A stretch of 63,813 bases of DNA from Octopus bimaculoides. Its lineage: Eukaryota. The notes under the pieces were generated by a model. The model made no database searches. It was not told the origin of the DNA and was given only the letters and a program-made list of their open reading frames with translations. Below are positions 35,760 through 50,200 of this stretch, in pieces; the stretch's first letter is position 1; each line of letters starts with the position of its first letter. The position numbers and the translations under genes were made by a program. The stretch is taken from positions 105,761,103 through 105,824,915 of the forward strand of contig NC_068985.1 of the NCBI RefSeq assembly GCF_001194135.2. The letters run 5' to 3'.

Positions 35760-37920
35760 CAAAGACTAGTTTATAGATAATATAAGTAAATACATGCTTA
35801 AGGAAGCCAAATCAAGAAAATAAAGTCCTGTCAACAACCAGGATTGACTACAAGAAAAGCCTTTGACACAAATCTGAACAGTGAAGAGTCTCGAGATCTA
35901 TAAAATCTGTCCAATAACAACATTGCATAAAAGAAAAATTATTGAAAAACAACACTAACTCTAAACCACAATCAAGGATCCCTGACACCAAGATCCATCA
36001 AAATCAAGAGTGGAATTTTTCAGGGAAACTCACTTTCACCATTGATTTTCTGTATTACACTGGTACCACTTCAGTACTTTATTCAATAACAGTAACTATT
36101 TATATGAAACAGAAAATAGTAAATTGAGCTATCTGTTTTATATGAATGATTTAAAAATTTTTATCAAGAATGTAAAACAAGCTGCTCTACTAACCATTAT
36201 AAAAAGTTTCAGTGATAAAATCAAAATGGAGTCTGGATTAAATAAATGTGCCAAGGTTACATTCACAAGAAGTAAGCTTATTGTAACACTTAACATATGC
36301 CCAATAATGACACCTAAATCAAGGAGCTTAACTGAAAAGGCACAGACAAATACCCAGGAGTGAATGAAGATGATGACATAACATTCTGCCAGAAAAGAGA
36401 AAAATGGAAAAGAGTATTACAGTAAAGTAAGAATCATACTAAAAACTGAACTAAATACATAACTGATTTTAACCATCAATACTCAAATTACAATATTATA
36501 AACAGGACAGTAAATGAAATTATGAAATTAGGCAATAAAACAAGAAGAAAAGCTAACATATCTATAATACACCATTCAAAGGCAGATGACAATTTATTTA
36601 CCTACCAAGAGTGGAGGGATGTAGAGGTTTTGTACAGTTCAAACTAGTTTACAAAATCACTACCATGGACCTAGACATCTATCTTTCAATACCACAAAAC
36701 TCCTTTCTAGGAATTGTCAAACATCATCAGGAAAAACTATTCTTAGTTATGAAAGAAACAAGAAAATTTTTTAGAAGAACTATCCCCGAATTAACACAAA
36801 ATGAAACTGAAGCAAAATCTTTTGCACACGGAATAAAACAAAAGTCAAAACAACATGGCCTTGATCCAATAGCTCATGGTCCAATAGAATAACTGAAATA
36901 GAATGATCTTCACACACAATACACAATCTATACAATAAGCATATAATAATCTAAAACATCACAGCTTATGCAACATATACTATACAAAATAAACATGCAC
37001 AATCCACATTATACACACCATGCACCACAGAACAAATACTCATATGACAAAATCAGAACCGATACCCCGTAACAAAACAAACTGATGCAGTACATCAACA
37101 GGAAGAGTCTATATTCCCTCAGTCCCCACAAAAATAAGAACATAGTGCTGCACACACCTCAGAAACATGGATGTGCAACAAGTGGTGCAGTAGAAAGTCA
37201 AATGAAACTACCAATGGAAAGCAAAATAATGTGTGGAAAAGAGGACAAATGAATTAACTACCTCCAAAGTTGAGTACAGTAAGCTAGTACAAAAAAGTAT
37301 AAACGCAAGCATGACTATGTCAGTAAAAGAGTGCATTTGGATGTTAGCCAAGATTGTGAATTTGAAGTGATTAAAAAGTGGTATGAACACAAGCTAGAAG
37401 CTACCATGGTGAATAATAATTACAGAATTTTATGAGATTTTTTCACAGAGACTGATCAAACTATCAAGCAAGGAAACTAGGCATGATTGTAAAGGACATA
37501 GAGAGTTAACATACCAGTAATAATCAGAGGACTTGGAATAATCAGAAAGGGACTACAAAGATTCATTAACAAAATCCCAGGAAATTTCACCCAACAAGAA
37601 TTCAGAAAACTAGCCCTTTACTGATCATTGATTTTGCAACTCCATATGATATTAAGTGGATATCAAGGAAGCTAAGAATATTTAAGAATATTAGGACCCA
37701 TCCAGAAAGAAGCAGAAATTGTGGAACCCAAAGGGGATAGTTGTTCCTATGGTAATTGGTACAGCTTGCATAATGTCCAAATTGCTACATAAGTGGCTGA
37801 AGGATATTAGAACTGAAATACATACTGTGTACTTTCAGAAAAGTGTCATCCTACATTCTACATGAACCCTAACAAGGATTCTTGAGAATTAAGGAAACTT
37901 GTTGCCACTAAACTTCAGGA
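35760..37920 (+). mobile_element. Decayed R4/Dong-like (RLE) LINE, with a second copy of the 3' end at about 37680-37920
   Basis: IDYKK/AFD; GIFQGNSL; LSYLFYMNDLKIF (YMDDLKL motif); FSDKIKMESGLNKCAKV (FSxDIxMxFGLDKCA); YLPRVEGCRG; PVIIRGLG-like motif near the end. Many stops and frameshifts. Confidence 0.75.
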
Positions 37921-37954
37921 TAACATCTCTGATTTAACATACACTAGATTTTGT

Positions 37955-37993
<39 letters not shown>

Positions 37994-39384
37994 GGGAGGA
38001 GGAGGAGGAGGAGGAGNNNNNNNNNNNNNNNNNNNNNNNNNNNNNNNNNNNNNNNNNNNNNNNNNNNNNNNNNNNNNNNNNNNNNNNNNNNNNNNNNNNN
38101 NNNNNNNNNNNNNNNNNNNNNNNNNNNNNNNNNNNNNNNNNNNNNNNNNNNNNNNNNNNNNNNNNNNNNNNNNNNNNNNNNNNNNNNNNNNNNNNNNNNN
38201 NNNNNNNNNNNNNNNNNNNNNNNNNNNNNNNNNNNNNNNNNNNNNNNNNNNNNNNNNNNNNNNNNNNNNNNNNNNNNNNNNNNNNNNNNNNNNNNNNNNN
38301 NNNNNNNNNNNNNNNNNNNNNNNNNNNNNNNNNNNNNNNNNNNNNNNNNNNNNNNNNNNNNNNNNNNNNNNNNNNNNNNNNNNNNNNNNNNNNNNNNNNN
38401 NNNNNNNNNNNNNNNNNNNNNNNNNNNNNNNNNNNNNNNNNNNNNNNNNNNNNNNNNNNNNNNNNNNNNNNNNNNNNNNNNNNNNNNNNNNNNNNNNNNN
38501 NNNNNNNNNNNNNNNNNNNNNNNNNNNNNNNNNNNNNNNNNNNNNNNNNNNNNNNNNNNNNNNNNNNNNNNNNNNNNNNNNNNNNNNNNNNNNNNNNNNN
38601 NNNNNNNNNNNNNNNNNNNNNNNNNNNNNNNNNNNNNNNNNNNNNNNNNNNNNNNNNNNGGAGGAGGGGGATGGTGGCTTAAAATTTTGGCACACAAGAC
38701 CAACAATTTTGAAGGGATGGGATTAATCAAAACCAACAACCCCCAATATTTGACTGGTACTTTATTTTATCAACCTTGATAGGATGAAAAGCAAAATTGA
38801 GTCAGGTAGGAGCTGAAACTAGAATTTAAAGTGTTGGAACAAATACCACAAAGCATTTCTTCCATCTCTAATGATTCTGTCAATCCATACTACCCTAATG
38901 TATATACGATTTCAGTACACTGGTATATATGTATATCCCAGTATACAACTGTATGCTTTACAATACACTAATGCATGCAGTATGTACACCAGTGTATATA
39001 TACATTACAGTTCATCAGCATATACATTATAACACACTATTGTATTTTGCCATAGAAAATAGTTATACTCTGCAACCTATATGATTTATTACACTTAGCT
39101 TCATCCATAATATATTTCTATAGCCATAACACCTATCCATCACCTTCTTACTTGACATCAACTTCCTTACTGCTTGGACTCTGCTGAGGTTGAGAGTTAG
39201 TTACTCTATAAGTAACATCCTACCCACCACCAAATATGGTTATTTCACAATTTAACTCCACCCATCATAGCAAACAGATATTTTATTCAGATATTACTGC
39301 TGGTTGTCTTAATATATCATCACTACCACCGCCATCACCACCACCACATTAACTTCACTACTACTGCTGCTGCTGCTGCTGCTG

Positions 39385-39443
<59 letters not shown>

Positions 39444-41170
39444 GCCACCATCAGTAAAACAAAAGTGAGTAAGGGATCCTCTATGTAGTCAATTGGCCTA
39501 CAAGAAAAGCAGCCAAATCTCCCTCAAATCCATACTTTGCCATCTTAAAAAGGGAAGGATACAGTAGATAATGTAGTCTGAGATAAACTATGTTTGAAAT
39601 AAAAGATGGGATGGACATGGCTGGAATATGCTTGACTGAAGAGCTGTTAGAACAGGTTTGACATAAACTAAACAGTAACAACAAAACTAGTGAATATATA
39701 GGATGGTATGTGGTAGTGAAACATAAATAATGACTATCTCACAGTAATAATTAGACTATGATTTTCTGATGAAGTCTAATAAGACTAAAACTTATCCAGA
39801 GTTGTCACCATAGTGCTAAAAGTCAATCTCGTTTCTCATCATATTGCATATTTAATTTGAATTGGTTGCCCTAACCCTGCTTTCTTTTTATCATAATTAT
39901 TTTCATTACTTCAGATGTAATTTTAATTAATTATAATTTCATGACTTATTACATCAAATACAATAGGACCCACTTTAGTGCTGTATATGAGATATGCAAG
40001 ATGTGCCATACTGTATGTATTAAAGTGAAATATAGACAATGAATGTAGGGTGCTATATAAGATGTTTATAAGGGATATAGAGGAGAATAGTTGTGAAATA
40101 TGGGCAATTGAGCTGGAGGATATCTATATGTGTTGAGAGTAAGATGTAAATCTATAACAGTGAAACAGGGACATTGAATGTAAGGACTATATGAGATATG
40201 TGTAGGGTGTACGGTAGCATTGAAAGGTCTTTATTGACATATAGGTAAGATGGGTTAGATACAGTAGTAAAACATGGACAAAAAATGTGGGTGACTCTTT
40301 GAGGTGTTTATATGTGATGTGATTAGGTCAGATCTGCAAAGCTTGATCATTATATTTATGTAGTATGAGACCAATCCAATACATTCCATTCGCTCAAGAT
40401 AAAAATGGGGTTGATGTGATGATGATGATATTAGTAATGATGATACAAATATATATGTTAGTACATACACGCAGACAAGGAGAAAGTTCAGAGAGTTATT
40501 ACATCTGTTGTTAGCAAAGAGTTTTTCAAAGAGAAAGGCAGATAATACAATGCTTCTGTACAACTGTGATGTTGCATGGTAATGAGACATAGGCCCTGAA
40601 TTCAGAGGCTCTGTGAAGACTAGAATGAAATGAAAAGAGCATGCTCCATCAGATGTGTTATGTCAGATGTGCTATGAAAATAATGGAGTACAGATGAAAT
40701 GAAGGAAAAATTGGGTACAAGAGGAATCAGATGTAAAGTGCAAGAGAGGTGTTCTGTTATGAGCATGTGCTGAATATAGATGACAGTCAAATAAAGAACT
40801 GCAAGGGTATTAAAGGTGGAGTTCCAAGAAGACATAAGTTCAAGTGGTGAAAGCTGATCTTGTTATACTGAGCTTCACAGAGAAGATGACAAAGAATGAA
40901 ATAACTGACAACATGCTGTGATGGAGAAGGACTCACAATCCAAGCAAACATTGTGAAATCAATGTTAAAAATGATTGTAGTAATGGAGGCTAGGAGGTAA
41001 ATGTGTGTGTGTGTGTGTGTGTGTGTGCATATAAATATATATATATATNNNNNNNNNNNNNNNNNNNNNNNNNNNATATATATAAATACACATAGGTGAG
41101 CACATAAGTGCAAAACAAGGAGGAAAAAATAGTACTTGAATACCAAAGGTAGAGTAATATGCATTTATAT

Positions 41171-41310
41171 TAAGCTGCAAAATCATCACAGAATGTTACT
41201 CAGAGTTTCACATCCCCATTTGTCGGACAGTTGTGATGAAAGTTTTCACTGTCCAACAAATGGGAATGTGAAACTCTGAGTAACAATTTTATGATAATTT
41301 TGCAGCTTTA
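41171..41310. repeat. 140-bp inverted repeat (about 62-bp arms, 16-nt loop), MITE-like
   Basis: taagctgcaaaatcatcacagaatgttactcagagtttcacatccccatttgtcggacagt / actgtccaacaaatgggaatgtgaaactctgagtaacaattttatgataattttgcagcttta. Confidence 0.9.
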
Positions 41311-41320
41311 ATAAAATTAT

Positions 41321-41721
41321 ATAAGTAACAAACATATTTAACTAACCTAAATTTTGCTTATGCCTAAACACTGCTTGGTGCTAACATTTCGTTATTTTCC
41401 TCAATTGGGCAATTTACCAGTGCAAAACAGTCAACATTGTTGACTAAATTTTACATAAAGTTATTGCTTTATACAATATGTTTGTTCAGAGTTGCCTCTC
41501 TTAGGTACATCCCATTGACAAGATGGGATGTTTCAAAGACTTGAAACATCGATGTCTGGGATTTCTGATAGATGGCAACACTGAACCAACCAGGTGTCTT
41601 CACACCTTTTCTCCATGATAGCTACAGTGAATTTGCTTTCAGCAGTTAAAATAAGTCACAAACATATTTTAACTAATCTAAATTTTGCTTATGCCTAAAC
41701 ACTGCTTGGCACTAACATTTC
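41321..41721. repeat. About 70-bp direct repeat (41321-41390 and 41651-41721)
   Basis: ataagt.acaaacatattt(t)aactaa.ctaaattttgcttatgcctaaacactgcttgg..ctaacatttc occurs twice. Confidence 0.9.
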
Positions 41722-41773
<52 letters not shown>

Positions 41774-42618
41774 TAATTGTCCAAGGTGCATTACAATAGG
41801 ATTGAGCCCAGGGCCATGTAATTAGGAAGTTAACTTCTTACCACACGACCACTCTTATACCTAGGAATGCATTTATATATGTGTATGTATACTTATGTGC
41901 ATATATATGTGTATGTGCCTATATTTGGGTCTCTCATTCAATATGTCCTTGCCAAGTCTGCACTTGTCACCCTCTTACCTCTATGTCCTTCATCCCTCTA
42001 GTACTTATCTCTCCAGCCATTCATATCTCCATCACTGCCCCACCCTTCTCTTTACTCAATCTCTTTTTTCCTTTTGCTATATTATTCTGCTGGTGTAACT
42101 AATGGAGACAATACCAGATACTCCATATCATTAACTGTCTGTATTGCCAGTCACCATTTTCATCCCCTACCAGCCATTTGCTGTTCACATCTGTCACTCA
42201 CTTTTACTATTGACCACCTTTACCTCTATTACTTTCTAGCACTCTGCTCCAACCTTCACCTGTACTTCTTGATTATTTTCCCATTATTACTCTTTCTTCT
42301 CACTTTCTCCAACAAGTAGTAACATAAATCAACCTCATATAATACAATGCAACTTCACAAGTGTCAGTCATGGTAAAAATGTATCCCTACATTTTGTAAA
42401 GTGGTTAGTGACAGGAAGGACATTCAGCCGTAGAAACCAATACAAAAATGAAACAAATGCACATGACATGGTCCTTCAGCCCATTTAGATGGAGAACCAC
42501 TTATTCAGCTTATTCAGACTAAAACGACCTGTCCAGCACATACCAGCAAGGAAAGCAGATGTAAAATAACAATGATGATAATAATAAATACATACATGCA
42601 TATATATATATATCTATA

Positions 42619-42665
<47 letters not shown>

Positions 42666-43156
42666 NNNNNNNNNNNNNNNNNNNNNNNNNNNNNNNNNNN
42701 NNNNNNNNNNNNNNNNNNNNNNNNNNNNNNNNNNNNNNNNNNNNNNNNNNNNNNNNNNNNNNNNNNNNNNNNNNNNNNNNNNNNNNNNNNNNNNNNNNNN
42801 NNNNNNNNNNNNNNNNNNNNNNNNNNNNNNNNNNNNNNNNNNNNNNNNNNNNNNNNNNNNNNNNNNNNNNNNNNNNNNNNNNNNNNNNNNNNNNNNNNNN
42901 NNNNNNNNNNNNNNNNNNNNNNNNNNNNNNNNNNNNNNNNNNNNNNNNNNNNNNNNNNNNNNNNNNNNNNNNNNNNNNNNNNNNNNNNNNNNNNNNNNNN
43001 NNNNNNNNNNNNNNNNNNNNNNNNNNNNNNNNNNNNNNNNNNNNNNNNNNNNNNNNNNNNNNNNNNNNNNNNNNNNNNNNNNNNNNNNNNNNNNNNNNNN
43101 NNNNNNNNNNNNNNNNNNNNNNNNNNNNNNNNNNNNNNNNNNNNNNNNNNNNNNNN

Positions 43157-43560
43157 TGGACAGCTGGACGCCAGGCGCCACGGTCAGAGGCAAGCGATTC
43201 CCAACCACAGGCTGAAATGTCGCAGGCCTCAAGGGAAGTTTTCAGGCTGTCCTTGTATCGCCTCAGTGGCCTTCCAGAGTTTCTTGCTTCAGAAGCCAGC
43301 TCTTAGAAGAAGATCATCTTTGGTAGACATGCATCGTCTATTCAGACTACATGTCCGACCCACCGGAGCTGGGCCTTCATGATAAGGGCTTTGATCCCGG
43401 GCATTTTGACTCTGTGAAGCACCTCAGTGCTGGAGACTCTGTCCTCCCAGGAAATTCCCATGATTCGTCGCAAGCAGCAGAGGTGGAACTGGTCAAGTAT
43501 TCGCATTTGTCTCCTATACAGCGTCCACTTCCCACAGCTGTATAGCACTCACTTAAGCCA
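43157..43560 (-). mobile_element. RTE (BovB-like) LINE fragment, post-RT region
   Basis: LYSCGKWTLYRRQMRILDQFHLCCLRRIMGISWEDRVSSTEVL...KAQLRWVGHVV*IDDACLPK...GRPLRRYKDSLK. Confidence 0.9.
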
Positions 43561-43659
43561 CTCAAGCTGCTCCCAGCAGATCTCCTTTGTTATAATTTGG
43601 TTTAGATTTAAAATTTCAAAGTGGACTAAACCTTTCATATCCCACCAAACAGATAACAC

Positions 43660-44398
43660 CTCATATGGGTGAAGACCTACTTTAGCCTGGAATACCAGTG
43701 TTTCTCATTTCCCTACCCACTGTCTTCGGCACTTGATATTTTTATAGAGAACCCATTTCTCATCACCAGTCACTATTCAGTCCAAAAAAGGTTCATTTGT
43801 GAGACATGATAGCAAAGAAGAGCACACATTCACTTTCCATGCATGATTAGACTCAGAAAGTTTGTAAGGAACCCATTGACCCAATTTGCTGACTTTGCCG
43901 ATGACATTCAGGTGTCGATGAATGGTTGAATGACTAAATCCAAGGTTCTCTGCTAGTTCCTCAACAGTTACAATGAGATTTTGTTCCACCAGGGTTTGCA
44001 AGATGTCCTCATCTACAAATCTTCCAGGACAAGGCTCATCTTCTAGGCTGAAGTTTCTGGCTTGGAATTTCTGGAACCACCGCTGACACTGGCTTACACT
44101 TATTGTCCAATCTCTATATACTGCATTAATATTTCTTGCACTTTCTGTTGCATTGATGCCTTTATTGAACTCATAAAGCAAAATATGCCAAATATGCTCC
44201 TTTGTCACTTCCATTATAGCTTTGAAAAAATAACCGTTAAAATCGACCTGCACTCTTCAAAATTTGCACTAAGAATAAGGGCAAGGTAAAATTACTACCT
44301 GCTTTTATAGTAAGTTGATGCAGGTAGTTTATCACATCCCCCTCCAACTTTTAATTCATGCAATTGAAAAAAAACATATTATTTATGGGCTGATCCAA
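43660..44398 (-). mobile_element. 3'-truncated mariner element with transposase pseudogene
   Basis: ORF 43777-44253: HILLYEFNKG.NATE...CQRWFQKF...LEDEPCPGR...WVPYKL, continuing D*IVTGDEKWVLY. TIR-like TA-TTGGATCAGCCCATAAATAAT at the right end. Confidence 0.9.
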
Positions 44399-44855
44399 TA
44401 TGTCAGAGTGAGCCTCACATTGCATTCATGGCACAGTATTTGGAGTGATAGTAAGGACTCTAATTGAGTGGTACACAGGTTTAGAGAGAATGTGGTACAG
44501 TGATATTTTCTTGATATGAGTAGCGCTTGATTTTTTTTTTTTTTTTTCCTCAATTATAAGAGACAAGGTTGGCATGGCAAATTTTGGGTTGTGGAACCTG
44601 TGCAGGTTTGGCATGTTGTGTGTTGGATGCATATAAATGGTGCATGGTCAGAGAGAAAGTGGAAACCAATGCTGGAGTGCTATACATGAGGGATTTCAAT
44701 TGTTGACAAATAGCTTGCAATATTTAAAGATGAGAATGAGTTTCATATTACTTCATATTCTCAACAATAATAAGCATGTCACTAGCTGGTATATAGCACA
44801 TGCCTGTTCACCAGTTTATCTTTACTGGTTATGTTGGGTTGTCAAAATATAAATA

Positions 44856-45240
44856 CAGTGATATCTCGCAGTATGAGTTTAATTTGTTCCATGACCAAGC
44901 TTGTCTTATGATTTACTCGTTTTACAAATCAATTTTCCCCATTGAAATTAACTAAAATATAATTAATCCATTCCAGCCCCCTAAAACCACTCAAAAATAA
45001 TTTTTTATGGGTTTTAAAACAGAAAAGATGTAGTTACAAGTAAAATGACAATTATAAAAAAGAGAACGCGAAAGAAATATGTAAACTGGTTTTATTAACT
45101 GAATTACCTTAAAGATGGGACAATTTGTGTGCTCATACTGTGGATTTCTGCTTGTAATTCAAGACAAAAATTTGCATGAGTCTCGACTCATATAGTAAAT
45201 TACTCATACAATGGGGAACTCATACTGTGAGGTTCTACTG
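44856..45240. mobile_element. 385-bp pogo/Tigger-like MITE
   Basis: TA|CAGTGATATCTCGCAGTATGAGTT ... AACTCATACTGTGAGGTTCTACTG|TA imperfect TIRs. Confidence 0.8.
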
Positions 45241-46309
45241 TAACTAAAAAGTTTAGACAGACAGACAGACACAGATACAATGATGATGGTGATGGTGATG
45301 ATGATGATGATGATAACAGATGATGACAATGAAAACAATGATAATGAAAACAATATCAACAATCAAGCAGTACGACTGCATTATTAAGAACTATAGCAAC
45401 ATTAATATTAATGATTACTTAATAACAATGATTTCTAACGTAAGCCAAGGCCACATATTTTGTTGGTAGAACAGTCAGTTATATTGACCCCAGTATTTTG
45501 TTATAACTTATTAACTGACTCTGGGAGAATGACAATAAATTCAACTCCAGTGTGATGTGTACTCTCTAGTGCTCTACTGATTCTATACATTCAAAAGAAT
45601 TACTTAATTGACAGGGGAAAATTTTGAAGAATAACGATGATAATGATGATGGTGATGAACTTAAGTTACAAATTAAGCTTTGCAACAGAAATATTATGTT
45701 CACTTGAATTGATCCCTGAATAACTCTGCAGCCAATTTTAACGACTCCCAGAAGGATCTGAGCTCAGATGAGAGAGGAAACCCACAACACTGTTCTAAAA
45801 AACCCATGTCTCTCACCTGGATCAGACAAACACAAGACACACATATATACTTCAAAAGAAATATAACAGCTATTGTTGCATGAGATACACATGATATGCT
45901 GTTTTGACAATCAACATAAAAGATGTCAAGTATTTTCACCTAAGTTCCACCTGACCATCACAACTCAAGCCACTACCAGGGCTCTCACTGATATACGAAG
46001 AAACTAGATCATAAAATAAATCTAACATACCCCACCTTCTCTATTTCACCATATACTACACAGCATACACTTGTGACCACTCTATATGCCACATATCATT
46101 ACATCTCACATCACTGTCACACCCCACCTCAAACAACATGACTTTCCAACTACACTCTATCCTAGGCATTCTCATTTAAGCCAAAGAGGGGTCCTTTACA
46201 TAGCCTTTCTCTATCTGATCACACTCTATTTTCATGCCAATTTGTGAAAATACATATTAGATAATGTAGTTAGTCCTAGTTAGATGATCTAAGTCAATGA
46301 GCTAAAAGA

Positions 46310-46480
46310 ATCAGACAAACTGCTTAATGGCATTCTTCCAGCTCTTTACATTTTGAGTTCAAATCTCACCAAGGTCAACTTTGCCTTTCATCCTTTCAAG
46401 ATTGATAAAATAAAGTGCCAATCAAGTATTGGGATCAATGTAATCAACTTTCCCCCTCCCCTTAAAAATTGCTGTCCTCA
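46310..46480 (+). mobile_element. SINE family A, degenerate
   Basis: tttgagttcaaatctcaccaaggtcaactttgcctttcatcctttcaagattgataaaataaagtgcc. Confidence 0.75.
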
Positions 46481-49097
46481 GCCCAGCAGACCAGGATCCC
46501 ATTCATGGATGATGTTGTGATCTTGGTCAGTCATATGCCACGGAAACCAGGTAACCAGCCGTATGAGTCCTAGGAATCAAGAAAAAATAGTTAATCTGGA
46601 AAAAGAAATAGCTGAGACAGTCACAGTTAGAATGCTTTTTGTCATAGGTCTTCTCAAGCAGAGTTGATCTGAGACTATGCAATGATGTCTTCACTACAAG
46701 TCTAGTCACACATGTTCTCACTGCCCCATTACACACAGAACAAAATGCTATCATGACACAACACAGTATTATCTCATTAACTTAATACACTTCTCACATA
46801 CCACACTCCACAACACACTGCTACTCTACACTCCACGCATCATATCCTCGCTATCATACTACATTCTTCATCATCATGTTCTAGCCACCACCAAACATCT
46901 CACACAACATTCTCTCCTCAGTAACACACTACATACCAAACAGCATATCATCACTACATCCTATACATGTTTTCATTAACATATGTACCCCGCATAACCT
47001 ATCGTCACTGTCTTATAATATGCCTTCACTAGAAAACGACACAACTTACATGTCCTCACTACCCTTTTACAATCCACACAGTTAAACACTATTTTTTTTT
47101 CTACTGATTTCAAGCAAAACAATAAACGAAGAGTAAGGGCCTGAAACATTATATTCTTTAGTCCACCCTGCAATATACTAAACTTCTCAAGGTCTCCTAG
47201 AACTCTCTTAAGGACTAATAGTTACTGACACGGCTGACCACCAGTTTACTAAGATTCTGAATTTACACTAAATGATGTACAGCTTTGTCAGTGCCATGGT
47301 TAAAGCATTGCACCTTGTTGTAAGTAGACAACAAGAAACGGTGTCTACTTACAACTTTTTCACTTGCATTTCTGTGTAACAAATTAATGTTGACCAGCAT
47401 AGCTGAGCTCAAATTATCTCATGAGTAAATCCAAGAGAAACTCTCTTCAAGTCAATAACACAAATCATCTATTGATGGCCATCTATTCATTAGAAAAAGT
47501 CAAGCAATTGCTGCACGAGATAGCTAAGTATTGATTGATTGCTTGATTGATTAATTGAACCACCAATAGACAAAGATCTGTGTTGAGCTGTCTCTTGGCC
47601 AACATTGACCACAAGCTCTAGGTGTGTCAGAATCATCTGCAGTAACCGCCACACTATTAGATAACATCCTATTTACCTCAACATAATGATAAAGAGCCAC
47701 CAACCAAACCTTCTAATCAGTCAAGCCACATCAATTGATTTTCTTCCATATAAGTGTATGCCCTAAATTCAGTCACATTGTGTAGACAGCTTCATGGTTA
47801 ATGATGCACAAAGCGCATAGATGATTCAGGGAATCGATCAAGTTGCAATTTCAAAATGTTATTTTTCTTACTATGACACAATTGGACAAATAAATATAAA
47901 AATAAATATAGAAAGCAGTATTAGATGAGAATCTAGTTTGAAGTTTAACAATTGTGCAACAAAGGTTTGATAATAATTTTAAATATTTTTAGTGGTGCAG
48001 TGATGTGGAAATGCAACTTGTATATGAAAATAATTAAATATTCATAGTAATGTTGGTGCATTACTTGACTGCAATGGAGTTAAGAAAGAATGGAATAAGA
48101 ACGTTGTTTAGAATAGAAGGAAGGTGGGGACTACATGCAGGTGTGGCATTGTTCATTGGCTGGGGATAAACATTATATCAATTTTGTTACTGTAATAACA
48201 ACTTAACATCAGAGTGGAAAGCCATCCTTGTATTATTGCTGATTTTGAATCCGCTGGTGGTAGATAAGGAGATCATTTTCTTAGTCCAGTGCAACATGTC
48301 AAAGATATGACACTATTATTGCACTCCTTACATTATGACCAACAACAGAAACAACAAAGATTCCTACAACACCAGACATGGGCAACCTTTGAAAAGCAGG
48401 CTGCATGAATCATGTCCCATCATTAAACATACAACACTACTAAAAAGGTTTGACATAATTTTTCATTAGGCATGCCATTCAGAAAGTGCCTTGGACTGCA
48501 ATTTGTCCATGACTGTTCTACATGGTCACTCAGTCTGATACTATTAGCACACAAACACTTCTCACATTATGAGCTGTTGTCTTAAAAGATGAAGGACAAA
48601 TTGGATAAAGTCTGGCATACACTATATTTAAAAATAAAGACAGGATAGTCGGTGGTAGAATGCCTTTCAATATAGTTCAGCTCAATTTCAGGACCAATTC
48701 GACACTAAATGACAATGATGAGCCAATGAGCAAGCTAGAAATACCAGTTAAACCTCTCTCATATCATGTTCTGAAGATGGAAAGTTACATTGAATAATGT
48801 AATTCTAGAGACCTTATGTCTACTTGATCAAGGTTGACCTGGTACAAAATAGCAGCAACTCATGAATCATACATCAGAAATATCTGAAGTTCACAGGTGG
48901 CAACATCCTTTACCAATTTTAAAATAGGCTCTACATGCTTTAAATCTTAATGGACTGCAGATTTCCACTTTATCTGTTCTCTCGGTTAAAGTGTATCAAT
49001 GTCACCATACCATGTTTAGACTTAGCGAGGCTCTAAGCTATATAAGCCTGGAAATCTTGTTAAAGAATTACACCAGAATGTATCACAAAAATTGAAA

Positions 49098-49164
<67 letters not shown>

Positions 49165-49399
49165 TGCCTTTTAGTTATTTTACGACCCTTGCAAATTGTT
49201 AAGCCTCAAGTGGTAGTCTGTTTAGCTTAAGCCTAAATCTAGTATTGTGTAGAGGCTTTCAATTTATATTAGAAACATACAAGTTTTAATATTGATAGAA
49301 CAAGTTTCCTATGTAATCTGGTCAAATCTCCCCAAAGCTGATACCTTTACTGCAAATGCAAAGTAAAATATTATCCTGTGAGAAGAAAGTATCTGGCTA

Positions 49400-50200
49400 C
49401 CATGTTTAGTAAGTTCAGTGTAATATTCCTTAGTCATTGCAACTTTGATCAGTGCATCTTTGTACAATACATTTTCACAAATAACGAGGTACTTGTAATA
49501 CTCATTGTGTAGAAATAGGAAAAACAGAGAAAAATCATTGATATAAATAGGTTTTCCTACATTCAGCTATGAAATGCAAACATTTCTTTTGACCAAATTC
49601 TATCCCTATTTCATCTGAAAATGTTATCAGATCCATCAGTTTCTTGGAATAATGGATATTTCCAGTTTCAACCTTTAGATTATCAATAAAGAAATTATAG
49701 GTTACATTGATCTTTCTTGCTGTTGTAGATCCTTGAAAATAACCATTCAACTTTTACTGCAGAAATGGCAGTGGATTTTCTGCCAAAATAAACAGAAACA
49801 TAAAGACTATGTCTTTGGAATATTCCTTTTGGAAAATTGTAGCATGTTACAAGGGCTAGGATGGTTGGCCAAGTCTTCATGAGGTTTGCAATAACAGCAA
49901 CAAAGGCCAAGTGTAGGGATTCTTACAGTCATCACTAGAGAAACAGTCAAATGCTTTTCTATAGTTAAACCACACTGTTGCAAAATTTCAGCATCGTTCC
50001 CTTTTAATTTCAAACAGAAGTTTATAAACTGAAAGTAGTTTAGCACAAATTTGTACTTCATTTTTTCCCACCTATTTTCTGTCACCAGCTTGTTAGATTC
50101 ACAACTGTATTGGAAAAATTGGTTGGAACTGTTTGTGTAAAGCTGTTTAAGCATGTCACAAGCCTATAGTTTTTCTGTCAAGTGGCTGTTTTCATTTCTG
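49400..50200 (-). mobile_element. Decayed R4/Dong-like LINE RT fragment
   Basis: GIFQRHSL; FFIDNLK; ITFSDEIGIEFGQKKC. Same motif set as 35760-37920. Confidence 0.65.
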
